A stretch of 64,000 bases of DNA from contig JBGASN010000004.1 of NCBI GenBank assembly GCA_044229665.1, forward strand, positions 57,836-121,835, written 5' to 3'. Position 1 is the stretch's first letter. Each line of letters starts with the position of its first letter. This stretch comes from Holophagaceae bacterium (GTDB lineage Bacteria > Acidobacteriota > Holophagae > Holophagales > Holophagaceae). The notes beneath the pieces were generated by a model. The model saw nothing but the letters and a program-made list of their open reading frames with translations, was not told where the DNA came from and made no database searches. This document shows positions 1 through 9,868 of this stretch, in pieces. The position numbers and the translations under genes are program-made.

Positions 1-1
1 T

Positions 2-871
2 GGTGACGGCAGCCGCATCGGCAACGCCGTCTTCGGCTCGAAGACCTCCGCCTGGTACCAGCAGGAGCTGGAGCTGAAGTTCTTCAACCACCACCTGAAG
101 GGCACCGAGGATCCCAAGCTCGCAAAGGTCCAGATGTTCGAGACGGGCGCCAACCGCTGGCGCCAGTTCGAGACCTGGCCCCCCAAGGAGGCCAAGCGCA
201 AGACCCTCTACTTCGAAGCCAAGGGCAAGGTGAGCTTCACCAAGCCCGCCGCGGCCCATGGCTTCGACGAGTTCATCGCCGACCCCAACAAGCCCGTGCC
301 CTATACGCAGGACGTGACCTTCGGCTACACCCGCACCTACATGACCGAGGACCAGCGCTTCGCCAGCAGCCGGCCCGATGTGATGGTCTACGAGACCGAG
401 CCCCTCACCGAGGACCTCACCCTCGCCGGCCCCCTGGATGCCGTGCTCAACATCAGCACCACCGGCACCGACAGCGACTTCGTGGTGAAGCTCGTGGATG
501 TGTTCCCCGACGATGCGCCCGACATCGAGAACTCCCCCCGGGGCTGGCGCGCCGGCGGCTATCAGATGCTGGTCCGCGGTGAGACCATCCGCGGGAAGTA
601 CCGCGGCAACCGGTGGTCCGCCCCCGTGGCCTTCACACCCGGCAAGGTGGAGGAGGTGGCCTTCACGCTGCCCGACGTCCTGCACACCTTCAAGAAGGGT
701 CACCGCCTCATGGTCCAGGTGCAGTGCAGCTGGTTCCCCCTGGTGGATCGCAATCCCCAGGTCTTCACGGACATCCCCACCGCCAAACCCGAGCAGTTCA
801 GGAAGGCCACGCAGCGAATCTACCGCAGCGCGGCCAAGCCCTCCCGGATCGAGGTCCTTGAGCTGAAGTAG
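2..871 (+). CDS. CocE/NonD-family hydrolase (X-Pro dipeptidyl-peptidase-like), C-terminal portion; 5' end outside window
   Basis: Frame is open from nt 2 to TAG 869-871; the ORF track only shows the part from the first Met (134-871). The translation (RWRQFETWPP...TEDQRFASSRPDVMVYETEPLTEDLTLAGP...SWFPLVDRNPQ) matches, from memory, the C-terminal beta-sandwich domain of CocE/NonD-type serine hydrolases. Confidence 0.7.
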   Translation, partial: GDGSRIGNAVFGSKTSAWYQQELELKFFNHHLKGTEDPKLAKVQMFETGANRWRQFETWPPKEAKRKTLYFEAKGKVSFTKPAAAHGFDEFIADPNKPVPYTQDVTFGYTRTYMTEDQRFASSRPDVMVYETEPLTEDLTLAGPLDAVLNISTTGTDSDFVVKLVDVFPDDAPDIENSPRGWRAGGYQMLVRGETIRGKYRGNRWSAPVAFTPGKVEEVAFTLPDVLHTFKKGHRLMVQVQCSWFPLVDRNPQVFTDIPTAKPEQFRKATQRIYRSAAKPSRIEVLELK

Positions 872-872
872 G

Positions 873-1583
873 TCAGGCCAGGTGCCAGCCCCCATCCAGG
901 GTGAGGATCTCGCCCGTGAGGTGGGGGCTGGCCGCGGCGTACCGCACGGCCCGGGCCAGGTCCTCCGGAGTGCCATTGCGCTTCAACAGGGACCGGGAGG
1001 CCAGGACCTGGGCATCCGAATCTTCGTCGGGGAGCAGGGTTCCGAGGGCATGGCCCACCACCCGCAGATCCGGCGCCAGGGCCCGGGCCAGGCCCTCCAC
1101 GAGCGCGCCCTGCGCGACCTTGGCCGCCGAGTAGGGCAGCCGCTTCAGCAGCGGGCGGTGGATCGCAGCGTCCAACACCCATTGCAGGCAGGAGCCGGGG
1201 GCGAGGTGGGCCGCCAAGGCCTGGGCCACCAGGAAGGGAAAGGTCAGATGCATGCGCCAGGTCGCTTCGAGGGATTCCTCGGACCATGAGCCCAGGGGGG
1301 ATTCGGGGAAATCTCCGGCCAGCAGCACCGCACCCTGCAACTGCAGACCACGCCCCTCCAGCGCCTCCAGATCTGCCATGATGCGGGAACCCATCCGGGG
1401 ATCCCGGGCATCCCAGTGCCAGGCCTCAACTCCGGTGGTCTTTGCCAGTTCCCGAAGCCCCTCGTCCCCGTCCCAGGGCCGTGAGCTCGTCACCACCAGA
1501 TCGTGGTCGCGCGCCAGGTCCCTGGCCAGGGCCGCCCCCAACCGACGGCGCCCCCCCACCACGATCCACCTGGGCCGTTCCAT
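873..1583 (-). CDS. SDR-family oxidoreductase (FolM/pteridine-reductase-like flavour)
   Basis: ORF 873-1700. The internal ATG at 1583 (MERPRWIVVGGRRRLGAALA) puts the Rossmann glycine motif at the N-terminus. YSAAK (YxxxK) catalytic motif is present. The longer 1700 start would overlap the divergent neighbour. Confidence 0.75.
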   Translation of the reverse strand: MERPRWIVVGGRRRLGAALARDLARDHDLVVTSSRPWDGDEGLRELAKTTGVEAWHWDARDPRMGSRIMADLEALEGRGLQLQGAVLLAGDFPESPLGSWSEESLEATWRMHLTFPFLVAQALAAHLAPGSCLQWVLDAAIHRPLLKRLPYSAAKVAQGALVEGLARALAPDLRVVGHALGTLLPDEDSDAQVLASRSLLKRNGTPEDLARAVRYAAASPHLTGEILTLDGGWHLA

Positions 1584-1607
1584 GTCCGCCTCCGCCCCCA
1601 CTTTCCC

Positions 1608-4160
1608 ATGAATCCCGCCCTCAAACGCATCCGCAACCGCCTGGTCTGGATGAGCCTCCTGGGGCTCTTCCTCGCCATCGGCTCCTTCGTCCTCGGCCAA
1701 TTCGTCTACACCCGCACGGACGACCAGTGCACCTGGCGGGTACGCAACGGCAAGGTCCTCATCCTCGAGGTTCTGCCCGAAGGCGTGGCCGAGGAGGCCG
1801 GCCTGCTGGATCAGGATGAGCTGCTGAAGATCCAGGGCCGCAAGGTCGTCCCCACCGTCGAGGGTCTCGCCGCCGCCCAGGCCCTCATCGATTCCAAGGC
1901 CGAAGGCACCGTTCTGAGTTACGTCGTCCGTCGGAACGGCGAGGAGCTCTCCGTTCCGGTGCGGCTGGTGAAGCCCTGGAACAGCTACCAGTTCAGCATC
2001 CTCATCAACGCGATCATCTTCTGGTTCGTGAGCCTCCTGGTGGCGGTGAGCACCCCGGAACGCAAGAGCTCACGGCACTTCTTCTACCTCGGTTTCGTGG
2101 GGCTCCTCCTGGCCGCCGGAGCCCGGGGGTCCACGGCGGTTTGGCCCATCCCCTTCGCGGTGATCGCGGGCATGGCCCAGTTGACGGCCATCGTGCTCGG
2201 TCCGCCGATGGTCATCCATTTCTTCCTCCGCTTCCCCCATCCCTTCGAGCTCCGGAAGAACCGCTCCTTCCTCTCCGCCCTCTACGGCGGGTTCGCGCTC
2301 ATGGGCCTCTGGTTGCTGGTGGCCCCCGGCATCGCCAAGGTGGTGGGCGTCCCCCAGGGCCAGGTCCAGTTGCCCGGCTTCCTGGTGATCACGATCTGCA
2401 TGACCGGCATCGGCATTGGAATGGGCTTCTTCACCCGGGGTTGGATCCTGAGCCCCCCGCCCCAACGTCAGGTGATGGTGCTGCCCTTGACGGTGGCCTA
2501 CGCCATCCTGGCCGACCTGATGATCCTGGGCATCGTGGGCCGGGTGGAAGGCTTCCGGGACAGCCTCATCTTCCAACGACGCCAGTGGATCTTCATGGCC
2601 CCCCTGGCCATCCTGCCGCTCAGCTTCGGCTGGGCCATCGTCCGCCACGGGTTGTTCGACGTCCGCAAGGCGCTGGTCCGGTGGATCGGCTACTTCCTCG
2701 TGCTGGGCACCGCCTTGGCTTTGTACCTCATCGGTCTGTCATTCCTCTTCGGCCAGGGCCTCGCCCTCATCCCACCGGCCTGGGCCGGCGCCCTGGTGGG
2801 CGTGCTCGCCCTGCCCTTGGGCTGGGCGCTGCGGGCGCTGATCCGCACCATCCGGCGCCGGTTCAAGCGGGATACGTCCTCCACCCGCGAGATCCTCCTG
2901 GGAAGCCTGCGTGAGAGCAAGCAGCGCCTCTCCGACCGGGGCCTCCTGCTCAACCTTGAGGAGGCCGTGAACGAAGCGTTCCGACCTCAAGCCCTGATCC
3001 TCCAACGCATGGATGGAGCGGCCCTCTCCTTGCCCGCCCTGGACACCGTGGATGAGGATGGTCAGCAGCTGCGGCTGGGCCCTGCGACCCTGACCATTCC
3101 CCCGGGACTCCTGCGGCACGCCCGGGAGAATCGGGAACTGGTGCTGGGTCTGGGCAGCGAGGAAGCCGATTGGATCCGGGAGCAGGGAGAGGGGATCCGC
3201 GCCCTGGTGGATGCCCAGGGATTCCAGCTCCTCGTGCTCTTCCTCGCCCACCACATGCCCCATTCCTGCCTGCTCATCGGGGGGAAGTACGCCGAACTCG
3301 GCTATGGGCGGGAGGACCGCGAGCTGCTCCGGGAACTGGCCCTCTCCGCCGGGGGGATGCTGGAGACCGCCCTCCTCCACCACAAGGTCATCGCCCAGGA
3401 GCGGATCGAGCAGGAACTGGCCACGGCCCGCCGGATCCAGGAGGGCCTGTTGCCCCGCGTGCCCCAGATCCCGGGTTACCAGGTGGCCCTCCGCCTGGAA
3501 CCGGCCCTGGAGACCGGCGGTGACCTCCTCTTCGTGAAGCGGCGTCCCAGCGGCCGATGGCTGGCCGCGGTCGGGGATGTCAGCGGCAAGGGATTGGCGG
3601 CGGCGCTCTACATGGCCCAGGCCACCGCCCTGCTGGAACTGGCCACCTGCAGGGAGGACCAGGGTCTGGAAGGCATCCTGGAGGACCTGGACCACACGCT
3701 GCGGAACCTCCTGGGTCCAAGGGGCTTCCTCACCCTCAGCCTCCTGGAGTGGGATGAATCCGGCGAATACCGGTTGGCCCGGGCGGGCCATCCCAGCGCG
3801 CTCCTGATGGAAACGAAGGATGGATTCGAGGAACTGGTTCCCCATGGCCGGGGCCTGGGACTGCGCCCCGCAGGGCCTGGGGACTGGAAGGTCATCCAGG
3901 GGAACCTCCCTCCCGGGGGATGGCTGGTGCTCTACAGCGATGGCCTCACGGAGGCCATGGATCGCCGTGGCGAACTCTACGGGGTCGATCGGATGCGCAA
4001 TCAGCTCCAGCGCCTCTGGGGCACCGGAAGCGTACGGGCCGCCTGCGAAGCGATCTTCTCCGACGTTTCCCAATACGAGACCCAGAACCGCGACGACCGC
4101 ACGCTCTTCATCCTCGGCCGCGCCTCGGAACCTGATCTCGCCGAGGAGGCCGCGTCGTGA
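1608..4160 (+). CDS. Membrane protein with N-terminal PDZ domain, polytopic membrane region and C-terminal SpoIIE/PP2C-type phosphatase
   Basis: ORF 1503-4160; ATG at 1608 (MNPALKRIRNRLVWMSLLGLFLAIG) precedes the first TM helix. PDZ-like segment KVLILEVLPEGVAEEAGLLDQDELLKIQGRKV. Many hydrophobic helices follow. The C-terminus (RIQEGLLP...ETGGDLLFV...AVGDVSGKGLAAALYMA...LYSDGLTEA) is typical of RsbU/SpoIIE phosphatases. Confidence 0.85.
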   Translation: MNPALKRIRNRLVWMSLLGLFLAIGSFVLGQFVYTRTDDQCTWRVRNGKVLILEVLPEGVAEEAGLLDQDELLKIQGRKVVPTVEGLAAAQALIDSKAEGTVLSYVVRRNGEELSVPVRLVKPWNSYQFSILINAIIFWFVSLLVAVSTPERKSSRHFFYLGFVGLLLAAGARGSTAVWPIPFAVIAGMAQLTAIVLGPPMVIHFFLRFPHPFELRKNRSFLSALYGGFALMGLWLLVAPGIAKVVGVPQGQVQLPGFLVITICMTGIGIGMGFFTRGWILSPPPQRQVMVLPLTVAYAILADLMILGIVGRVEGFRDSLIFQRRQWIFMAPLAILPLSFGWAIVRHGLFDVRKALVRWIGYFLVLGTALALYLIGLSFLFGQGLALIPPAWAGALVGVLALPLGWALRALIRTIRRRFKRDTSSTREILLGSLRESKQRLSDRGLLLNLEEAVNEAFRPQALILQRMDGAALSLPALDTVDEDGQQLRLGPATLTIPPGLLRHARENRELVLGLGSEEADWIREQGEGIRALVDAQGFQLLVLFLAHHMPHSCLLIGGKYAELGYGREDRELLRELALSAGGMLETALLHHKVIAQERIEQELATARRIQEGLLPRVPQIPGYQVALRLEPALETGGDLLFVKRRPSGRWLAAVGDVSGKGLAAALYMAQATALLELATCREDQGLEGILEDLDHTLRNLLGPRGFLTLSLLEWDESGEYRLARAGHPSALLMETKDGFEELVPHGRGLGLRPAGPGDWKVIQGNLPPGGWLVLYSDGLTEAMDRRGELYGVDRMRNQLQRLWGTGSVRAACEAIFSDVSQYETQNRDDRTLFILGRASEPDLAEEAAS

Positions 4161-4636
4161 AGGCCCGCACCTTGCTGACCCTGCTGACCGGAGTGGCCAT
4201 CCTGCAGCTGGCCCTCCTCTGGATCCAGGGCGCCCAGCTCTACCGCCAGCAGGAGACCCTCCAGGCCCTGCGAATGGACGTGCAGGAGCTCGCCGAGATC
4301 ATCGACCAGGGCGCTGCCCAGGGGAACGACAACGGTTCCTGGGCCCCCGGCCGCCACACCCCCACCCAGCGCCCCAGGCTTCGGCCAGTGGCCCGCCAGG
4401 AGGACCCCCCCGAGCCGGGCCGGAAGGAGGCGGAGGCGGCGCGGGAATCCGCCCAACGGGCCGCTCGGGACAGCGCGGAAGCCCAGCGGAAGCTCTCCAT
4501 CTCCGAGGCCGCGCGCCGGGCCGAGGAACAGGCCAAGGTCGATGCCGCCAAGGCCGACTGGGTGCGGTGGGTCTGGCTGTCCTTGGGCGGGGTGGCCCTG
4601 GCCATCGTCCTCCGGGCCTGGCTCCGCCGCCGGTGA
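4157..4636 (+). CDS. Hypothetical membrane-anchored coiled-coil protein
   Basis: The 159-aa ORF exactly fills the gap between its neighbours. Its GTG start overlaps the upstream TGA (GTGA), and its TGA overlaps the next GTG start. It has N- and C-terminal hydrophobic helices and a charged Ala/Glu/Arg-rich middle. No family recognised. Confidence 0.55.
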   Translation: MKARTLLTLLTGVAILQLALLWIQGAQLYRQQETLQALRMDVQELAEIIDQGAAQGNDNGSWAPGRHTPTQRPRLRPVARQEDPPEPGRKEAEAARESAQRAARDSAEAQRKLSISEAARRAEEQAKVDAAKADWVRWVWLSLGGVALAIVLRAWLRRR

Positions 4637-5379
4637 GCCTCCACGACTTCCTCCAGCGCGATCCCGCCTGCCGGGCGTTGGTGGAGGGCGCCCTGGCCGC
4701 CACATCCCCCTTGCTTCCCGATGAGGAACCCGGCCCTCTGATGGCGGAACTGGATGGCTGGGCCATGACCCTGGCCGGCCGTATGCCCCTGCCCTGGAAC
4801 TTCCATCAGGCCCTCGACGAGCTCAACCGCTTCCTCTTCCTGGAGCTCGGAATGAGGGGGGATCGCACCTCCTACGAGGATCCCCGCAACGCCCTCCTCC
4901 CTGAGGTGATGCGCCGACGGAAGGGCATCCCCATCAGCCTGGGCATCCTCTGGATCGAGCTCGCGCGCCGCCTGGGCTTCGATGCCGTGGGGATCGCCCT
5001 GCCCGGCCACTTCATCTGCGGGGTGCGTCATGACCTGGGCCTGCTGTGCTTCGATCCTTTCGATCAGGGGGCCCCGGTCGGGATCGAGGCCGCCCGCGAC
5101 CTCGTCACCCGCGCCACGGGGGGGCGGGTGCCCTTCCACCTGGATCTGCTGACCCCCTGCTCGGATCGGGCCATCCTCGCCCGGCTCGTCCGCAACCTGC
5201 ATGCGCGCTTCCTCCAGGCTGAGGTCTGGGAGGAGGTGCTCTGGACGAGCACGCACCTGATCCTCCTGGAGCCCGGAGATCCCGAGCCCTGGCGGGCCCG
5301 GGCCCAGGTGCACCTGCACCACGGCAACCCCGAGGCGGCCGAGGCCGACCTCCGGGAAGCCCAAAGACTCATGCCCTGA
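4633..5379 (+). CDS. SirB1-like transglutaminase-fold/TPR protein (UPF0162 type)
   Basis: C-terminal 248 codons of ORF 3820-5379; in-frame GTG at 4633 overlaps the upstream stop. LNRFLFLELGMRGDRTSYEDPRNALLPEVMRRRKGIPISLGILWIELARRLGFDAVGIALPGHFI matches the SirB1/YchA N-terminal domain as I recall it. TPR-like tail. Confidence 0.7.
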   Translation: MSLHDFLQRDPACRALVEGALAATSPLLPDEEPGPLMAELDGWAMTLAGRMPLPWNFHQALDELNRFLFLELGMRGDRTSYEDPRNALLPEVMRRRKGIPISLGILWIELARRLGFDAVGIALPGHFICGVRHDLGLLCFDPFDQGAPVGIEAARDLVTRATGGRVPFHLDLLTPCSDRAILARLVRNLHARFLQAEVWEEVLWTSTHLILLEPGDPEPWRARAQVHLHHGNPEAAEADLREAQRLMP

Positions 5380-5385
5380 TGTGAA

Positions 5386-5408
5386 GAGGGGGCGCACCGC
5401 GCCCCCTC
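5386..5408. terminator. Hairpin between convergent genes (candidate bidirectional terminator)
   Basis: Perfect 10-bp GC stem GAGGGGGCGC / GCGCCCCCTC (5386-5395 / 5399-5408) with a 3-nt loop, in the 49-nt gap between two convergent stops. Confidence 0.55.
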
Positions 5409-5428
5409 GGCTACAGGCCCTCCGAAGC

Positions 5429-7687
5429 TCAGGGGCGGTGCTGCTGCGCCTCCACAACGGTGAGGGCAGTGAGGTGCAGGATGTCGTTCAGGTCGCTGTG
5501 CCGTTGGAGCACATGGACCGGAGCCGCCATGCCGCAGGTGATGGGACCGATCACTTCCGCCCCCGCCAGGCGCTGGATCAGCTTGTAGGCGATGTTGCCG
5601 CTGTCCAGGTTGGGGAAGATGAGGACGTTGGCGCCGCCCTGGACATCGGCGAAGGGGTAGTTCTCCGCCAGGATGTCGCCGCTGAGTGCGGTATCGGCCT
5701 GCATCTCGCCATCGCACTTCAGATCCGCCCGCCGCTCCTTCACGATCTGGGCGGCCCGCTGCATCTTGCGGGGGCTGGTGTGGGGTGCGCTGCCGAAGTT
5801 GGAGTAGCTCAGCATGGCCACCCGGGGCTCGATGGCGAAGCGGTCCTTCACCATGTCCGCCACCAGGATGGCGATCTCGGCGAGCTCCTCCGCGGTGGGA
5901 TCCACGTTCATGGTGGTGTCCGCGAAGAAGAGCACGCGGTTCTCCAGCACCAGGGTGTACACGCCACAGACCCGCTTCACGCCGGGCCGGGTGCCGATCA
6001 CTTCCAGGCAGGGCCCGATGGTCTCCGGGTAGTAGCTGGTGAGACCTGCCACGAGGCCATCCGCCTTGCCCAGGCGGCACATCATGGCCCCGAAGACGAT
6101 GCGGCGCCGGGTCTGGCGCTCGGCCTCGAACTGGGTGACGCCCTTGCGGCGGCGCAGGTCGTGGTAGGAGCGGATCATCTCCTCCCGGCACTCGGCCTCT
6201 TCGGGATCGAGGATCTGGGCGTTGGCCAGGTCCAGGTGGAGATCCTTGATGAGCTGCTTGATCCGCTCAACACGACCGAGGAGGATGGGCTTGCAGATGC
6301 CTTCATCCACCATGGTCTGGCAGGCGCGGAGGATCTGGGGGTTGTCACCCTCGGGGAAGACGATGCGCTTGGGATCGGCCTTGGCCCGGTTGATGACATT
6401 GCGGACCACGTCCTTGCTGCGACCCTGGAGGCTCTCCAGCTGTTCCTTGTACTTCTGGAAGTCCTGGATGGGCAGGCGCGCCACGCCGGTGTCCATGGCC
6501 GCCTTGGCCACGGCCGGGGCCACCCAGAGGAGCACGCGGGGGTCGAAGGGCTTGGGGATGATGTAGTCGGGGCCGAAGGCGAACTTCTGGCCGCCGTAGG
6601 CCTTGGAGACGCTCTCCGGCACATCCTCCCGGGCCAGGGCCGCCAGGGCCTTGGCGGCCGCCAGCTTCATGGCCTCGTTGATCTCCTTGGCCCGCACATC
6701 CAGGGCGCCCCGGAAGATGAAGGGGAAGCCCAGCACGTTGTTCACCTGGTTGGGGTAGTCGCTGCGCCCCGTGGCCATGATGATGTCGTCGCGGGTGGCC
6801 TTGGCCGTGGGGTAGTCGATCTCCGGCTCGGGGTTCGCCAGGGCGAAGACGATGGGGTTCTTCGACATGGTGAGGATCATCTCGGGCGTGAGCACGCCCT
6901 TGCTGGAGCAGCCCACGAAGCAGTCGGCACCCTTCAGGATGTCGGCCAGGGTCCGGCAGTCGCTGGGCTTGGCGAACATGGCCTTGTATTCGTTCATGCC
7001 CTCGGTGCGGCCGGTGTAGACCAGGCCCTTGGTGTCGCAGAGCCAGAGGTTCTCGAGCTTCACACCCGCCACCAGGAACATCCGGGCGGTGGCGATGGCG
7101 GAGGCGCCGGCGCCGCTGAAGACCACCTTCATGTCCGACAGCTGCTTGCCCATGAGCTCGGAGGCGTTCATGAGGGCCGCGGAGGCGATGATGGCCGTGC
7201 CGTGCTGGTCATCGTGGAAGACCGGGATGTTCATTTCCTTCTTGAGCCGGGTCTCCAGCTCGAAGCACTCGGGCGCCTTGAAGTCCTCGAGGTTGATGCC
7301 CCCGAAGGTGGGCTCCAGGCTCTTGATGATCTGCACGAGCTTGTCGGTGTCGTGTTCATCGATCTCGATGTCGAACACGTCGATGTCGGCGAAGCGCTTG
7401 AAGAGGACGCCCTTGCCCTCCATCACCGGCTTGCCGGCCAGGGCGCCGATGTTGCCGAGGCCCAGCACCGCGGTGCCGTTGCTGATCACCGCCACCAGGT
7501 TGCCCTTGGCGGTGTATTGATAGGCGTCTTCCGGGTTCTTCTCGATCTCCAGGCAGGGCTCGGCCACGCCCGGGCTGTAGGCCAGGGCCAGATCCCTGGC
7601 GGTGGAGGTGGGCTTGGTGGGGATGACTTCGATCTTCCCCTTCCGTCCCATCGAGTGATAGTCCAGGGCCTCCTGCTTGCGGATCAT
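5429..7687 (-). CDS. maeB: NADP-dependent malic enzyme with C-terminal phosphotransacetylase-like domain
   Basis: ORF 5429-7693. Near-colinear with E. coli MaeB from memory (ALDYH...GKIEV.PTKP...[25 protein letters not shown]+[36 protein letters not shown]+FA.IDVFDIE...[12 protein letters not shown]...). The ATG at 7687 has GGAG 5 nt upstream; 7693 is a GTG two codons earlier. Confidence 0.95.
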   Translation of the reverse strand: MIRKQEALDYHSMGRKGKIEVIPTKPTSTARDLALAYSPGVAEPCLEIEKNPEDAYQYTAKGNLVAVISNGTAVLGLGNIGALAGKPVMEGKGVLFKRFADIDVFDIEIDEHDTDKLVQIIKSLEPTFGGINLEDFKAPECFELETRLKKEMNIPVFHDDQHGTAIIASAALMNASELMGKQLSDMKVVFSGAGASAIATARMFLVAGVKLENLWLCDTKGLVYTGRTEGMNEYKAMFAKPSDCRTLADILKGADCFVGCSSKGVLTPEMILTMSKNPIVFALANPEPEIDYPTAKATRDDIIMATGRSDYPNQVNNVLGFPFIFRGALDVRAKEINEAMKLAAAKALAALAREDVPESVSKAYGGQKFAFGPDYIIPKPFDPRVLLWVAPAVAKAAMDTGVARLPIQDFQKYKEQLESLQGRSKDVVRNVINRAKADPKRIVFPEGDNPQILRACQTMVDEGICKPILLGRVERIKQLIKDLHLDLANAQILDPEEAECREEMIRSYHDLRRRKGVTQFEAERQTRRRIVFGAMMCRLGKADGLVAGLTSYYPETIGPCLEVIGTRPGVKRVCGVYTLVLENRVLFFADTTMNVDPTAEELAEIAILVADMVKDRFAIEPRVAMLSYSNFGSAPHTSPRKMQRAAQIVKERRADLKCDGEMQADTALSGDILAENYPFADVQGGANVLIFPNLDSGNIAYKLIQRLAGAEVIGPITCGMAAPVHVLQRHSDLNDILHLTALTVVEAQQHRP

Positions 7688-7874
7688 TGGCACTCCTGCG
7701 ACGCGCGAGGGCGTCGAATCTTTGAGATTACCCCAAGTCAGCAGCGCCTTCCGCCCTCACGACGCTCGGGGACGGCAGCGTTCCGACGACCCAGTGGACG
7801 CCTTTCCACCTGTGGAGCGGATCACCAATTACGTCATCACTTCCACCTATGTCCCCATAGATGGACCGGGGGGA

Positions 7875-8801
7875 TCAGGCCCCTTCCTCCACTTGCGCCG
7901 CCTGGCGCTGGGCCCGCACGGTGGCGAGGAACCCCCACAGGGCTCCCAAGGCGCCCGTCGCCGCCCCGATGGAGGCGAGGATCAGGATGCTGGCCGCAGA
8001 GAAGAATCCGGTGCGGGCCACTTCCACGAGCAGGGGGGAGAGGCCGCCCACGCCCCGGTTGAGGGGCATCCAGAGGGCCCAGAGACCCGCCAGGGCCAGG
8101 GCGCTGGCCATGAGGCCGAGCGCGGCACCTTCCAGGAGGAGCGGGGTCCGGATGAAGGCTTCGCTGGCCCCCACGAGGCGCATGATGGCGATCTCCTCCT
8201 CCCGGGCGAGGATGGTCATGCGGATCACGTTGCCCGTGGCCAGGCCGGCCGCCAGGAGCAGGAGCACACCGAGGGTGGACAGGGCGTTGCGCACGAGCTG
8301 GGCGCCCTTCTGGAGGGCTTCCAGGCGCTCGTGATCCACCAGCACATCCCCGACTCCCGGGAGCCCCTTGAGGCTCTGCCCCGCCTCCACGGGCCGATGG
8401 CCCTCGCGGAGATCCGGTCGGAGCGTCAGTTCCAGGCTCTCGGGGAGCGCGTCCGGACCCGCGCTCTGGAGCAGCACCCCGGCCTCCCGTGTGAGCTCTT
8501 TGAAGCGGGCCTGGTTCTCCTGGGCCGACACCCGGCGCAGGGCGACGAAGCGGGGGTCCCGCCGGAGGGAAGCCTCAGCCTGGTCCAGGCTGGATCCTTC
8601 CGCCGCGAATACCACGACCTTAGCCATGGCCTCCATGCGCGAGACCATGCGGCCCAGCCCCTCCACCATGAGCAGGCCCCCACCCGCCAGCAGCAGACCC
8701 GAAGCCAGGGTGAGCACCGCCAGGAGGTTCTGCCCCCGATGACGGAAGAGATCCGCCGCCACATCCCGCAGCAGCAGGCCCAGGAGGCGGAGGGCGTTCA
8801 T
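7875..8801 (-). CDS. ftsX: Cell-division ABC permease-like protein FtsX
   Basis: ORF 7875-8906; ATG at 8801 (MNALRLLGLLLRDVAADLFRH) overlaps the upstream stop (ATGA). Topology is TM1, large loop, then three C-terminal TMs. The signature EEIAIMRLVGASEAFIRTPLLLEGAALG is typical of FtsX. Confidence 0.85.
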   Translation of the reverse strand: MNALRLLGLLLRDVAADLFRHRGQNLLAVLTLASGLLLAGGGLLMVEGLGRMVSRMEAMAKVVVFAAEGSSLDQAEASLRRDPRFVALRRVSAQENQARFKELTREAGVLLQSAGPDALPESLELTLRPDLREGHRPVEAGQSLKGLPGVGDVLVDHERLEALQKGAQLVRNALSTLGVLLLLAAGLATGNVIRMTILAREEEIAIMRLVGASEAFIRTPLLLEGAALGLMASALALAGLWALWMPLNRGVGGLSPLLVEVARTGFFSAASILILASIGAATGALGALWGFLATVRAQRQAAQVEEGA

Positions 8802-9859
8802 CAGGGGGTGCCATCCATGGTCACGCCCCGGAGCACGGATCCGGAAGGCGCCGTGAGGGCCTTGAAGACCGTGGCCGATTTGGAGCTGGGATTCTTCCAC
8901 AGCCAAAGGGTGGTGCCCTGGGCCGCGCTGAGGCCCGCCAGCCAGTCCTTGTTGCCGGGACTCGAGAGCACGCGGAGATCCCCCACCACGGCCAGGTCCC
9001 CGGCCACATGGTCCGGCGCCTGGTTGAAGGAGCCTCCGAACTGGCCCGTCTTGAAGGCCAGCACGGGATCCACGGCTCCCGTGGCATCCGCCCCACTCAC
9101 CCCCACATAGACGATGCCGTTGGAGTGGTCCAGGGCGAGGGTTCCGAAGGTTCCGAGTTCCGTCTGGTCGCCGAGGATCACCAGGCTGGGGTCGAAGGAG
9201 CTCGACGAGCCTTTCCGGATCCGCGGCCCCGTCAGCACGGGGCTGGAGCTGACCCCGTCCCCGTTGTCGAAGGTGCCGTACACCACCCCGGTGTGGGCCG
9301 CGACGCCAAAGCCCCCGGTGTCGTTGGTGAAGGCCAGGCTCTGGAGGGTCACCGTGGCGCTCTGCCCCCTCGTACTGGCGCCCGCGACCACCCAGATCCG
9401 GGTGCTGCTGGTGCCGTTCTCGGTCACATAGAGGTTGTCGGTGGTGGTGTCGATCGCGGCCTGCCCGAACTTGCTGCCGTCCAGCCGGCTGGCGGTGTCA
9501 AGCTTGAAGCTGACCAGGTTCGCGCTGGGCACCGACCCGCTGAGCCCACGCACCGAATCGAGGCGGACGATGTTCCCGGTCTCCCCCACGAGGTAGAGGC
9601 GGTTGCGGGTCGAATCGAAGGCCAGGCCGCCCCAGGCCAGGGAGCCGAGGTTGTCGAAGGAGCTGGTCGTGAGGATGGCGCTCGGGGTGGGCAGGGTCCC
9701 GGCGTCGAAGGCGGCGGGAAGGTCCCCGTACACCAGCACCCGCTTCCCGGCGCTGTCGTAGGCGTAAAGGGCGGTGTCACCCGTGGCGCCCGCGGCACCG
9801 GGGTCGACACAGCCCGCGAGCCCGAGGATGGCCACGAGGCAGAGCAGGTGTTTGAGCAT
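8801..9859 (-). CDS. Lipoprotein, probable beta-propeller fold, unknown function
   Basis: Signal peptide plus lipobox (MLKHLLCLVAILGLAGC). Repetitive beta-strand-rich sequence with recurring LY(L/V)/VYG/VYVG motifs. The stop overlaps the ftsX start. Confidence 0.75.
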   Translation of the reverse strand: MLKHLLCLVAILGLAGCVDPGAAGATGDTALYAYDSAGKRVLVYGDLPAAFDAGTLPTPSAILTTSSFDNLGSLAWGGLAFDSTRNRLYLVGETGNIVRLDSVRGLSGSVPSANLVSFKLDTASRLDGSKFGQAAIDTTTDNLYVTENGTSSTRIWVVAGASTRGQSATVTLQSLAFTNDTGGFGVAAHTGVVYGTFDNGDGVSSSPVLTGPRIRKGSSSSFDPSLVILGDQTELGTFGTLALDHSNGIVYVGVSGADATGAVDPVLAFKTGQFGGSFNQAPDHVAGDLAVVGDLRVLSSPGNKDWLAGLSAAQGTTLWLWKNPSSKSATVFKALTAPSGSVLRGVTMDGTP

Positions 9860-9868
9860 GGGAAGGCC

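Noticed and set aside
3820-4632. N-terminal 271 codons of the 519-aa ORF 3820-5379
   Set aside because: This part overlaps the SpoIIE phosphatase C-terminus and the 4157-4636 gene in other frames, and it is Pro/Arg/Gly-rich. SirB1-like similarity begins only after the in-frame GTG at 4633.
5381-8062. 893-aa ORF on the plus strand
   Set aside because: It lies antisense to maeB and ftsX, which have unambiguous homology. Its translation is Gly/Ala/Val/His/Asp-rich low-information sequence, typical of shadow ORFs in GC-rich DNA.
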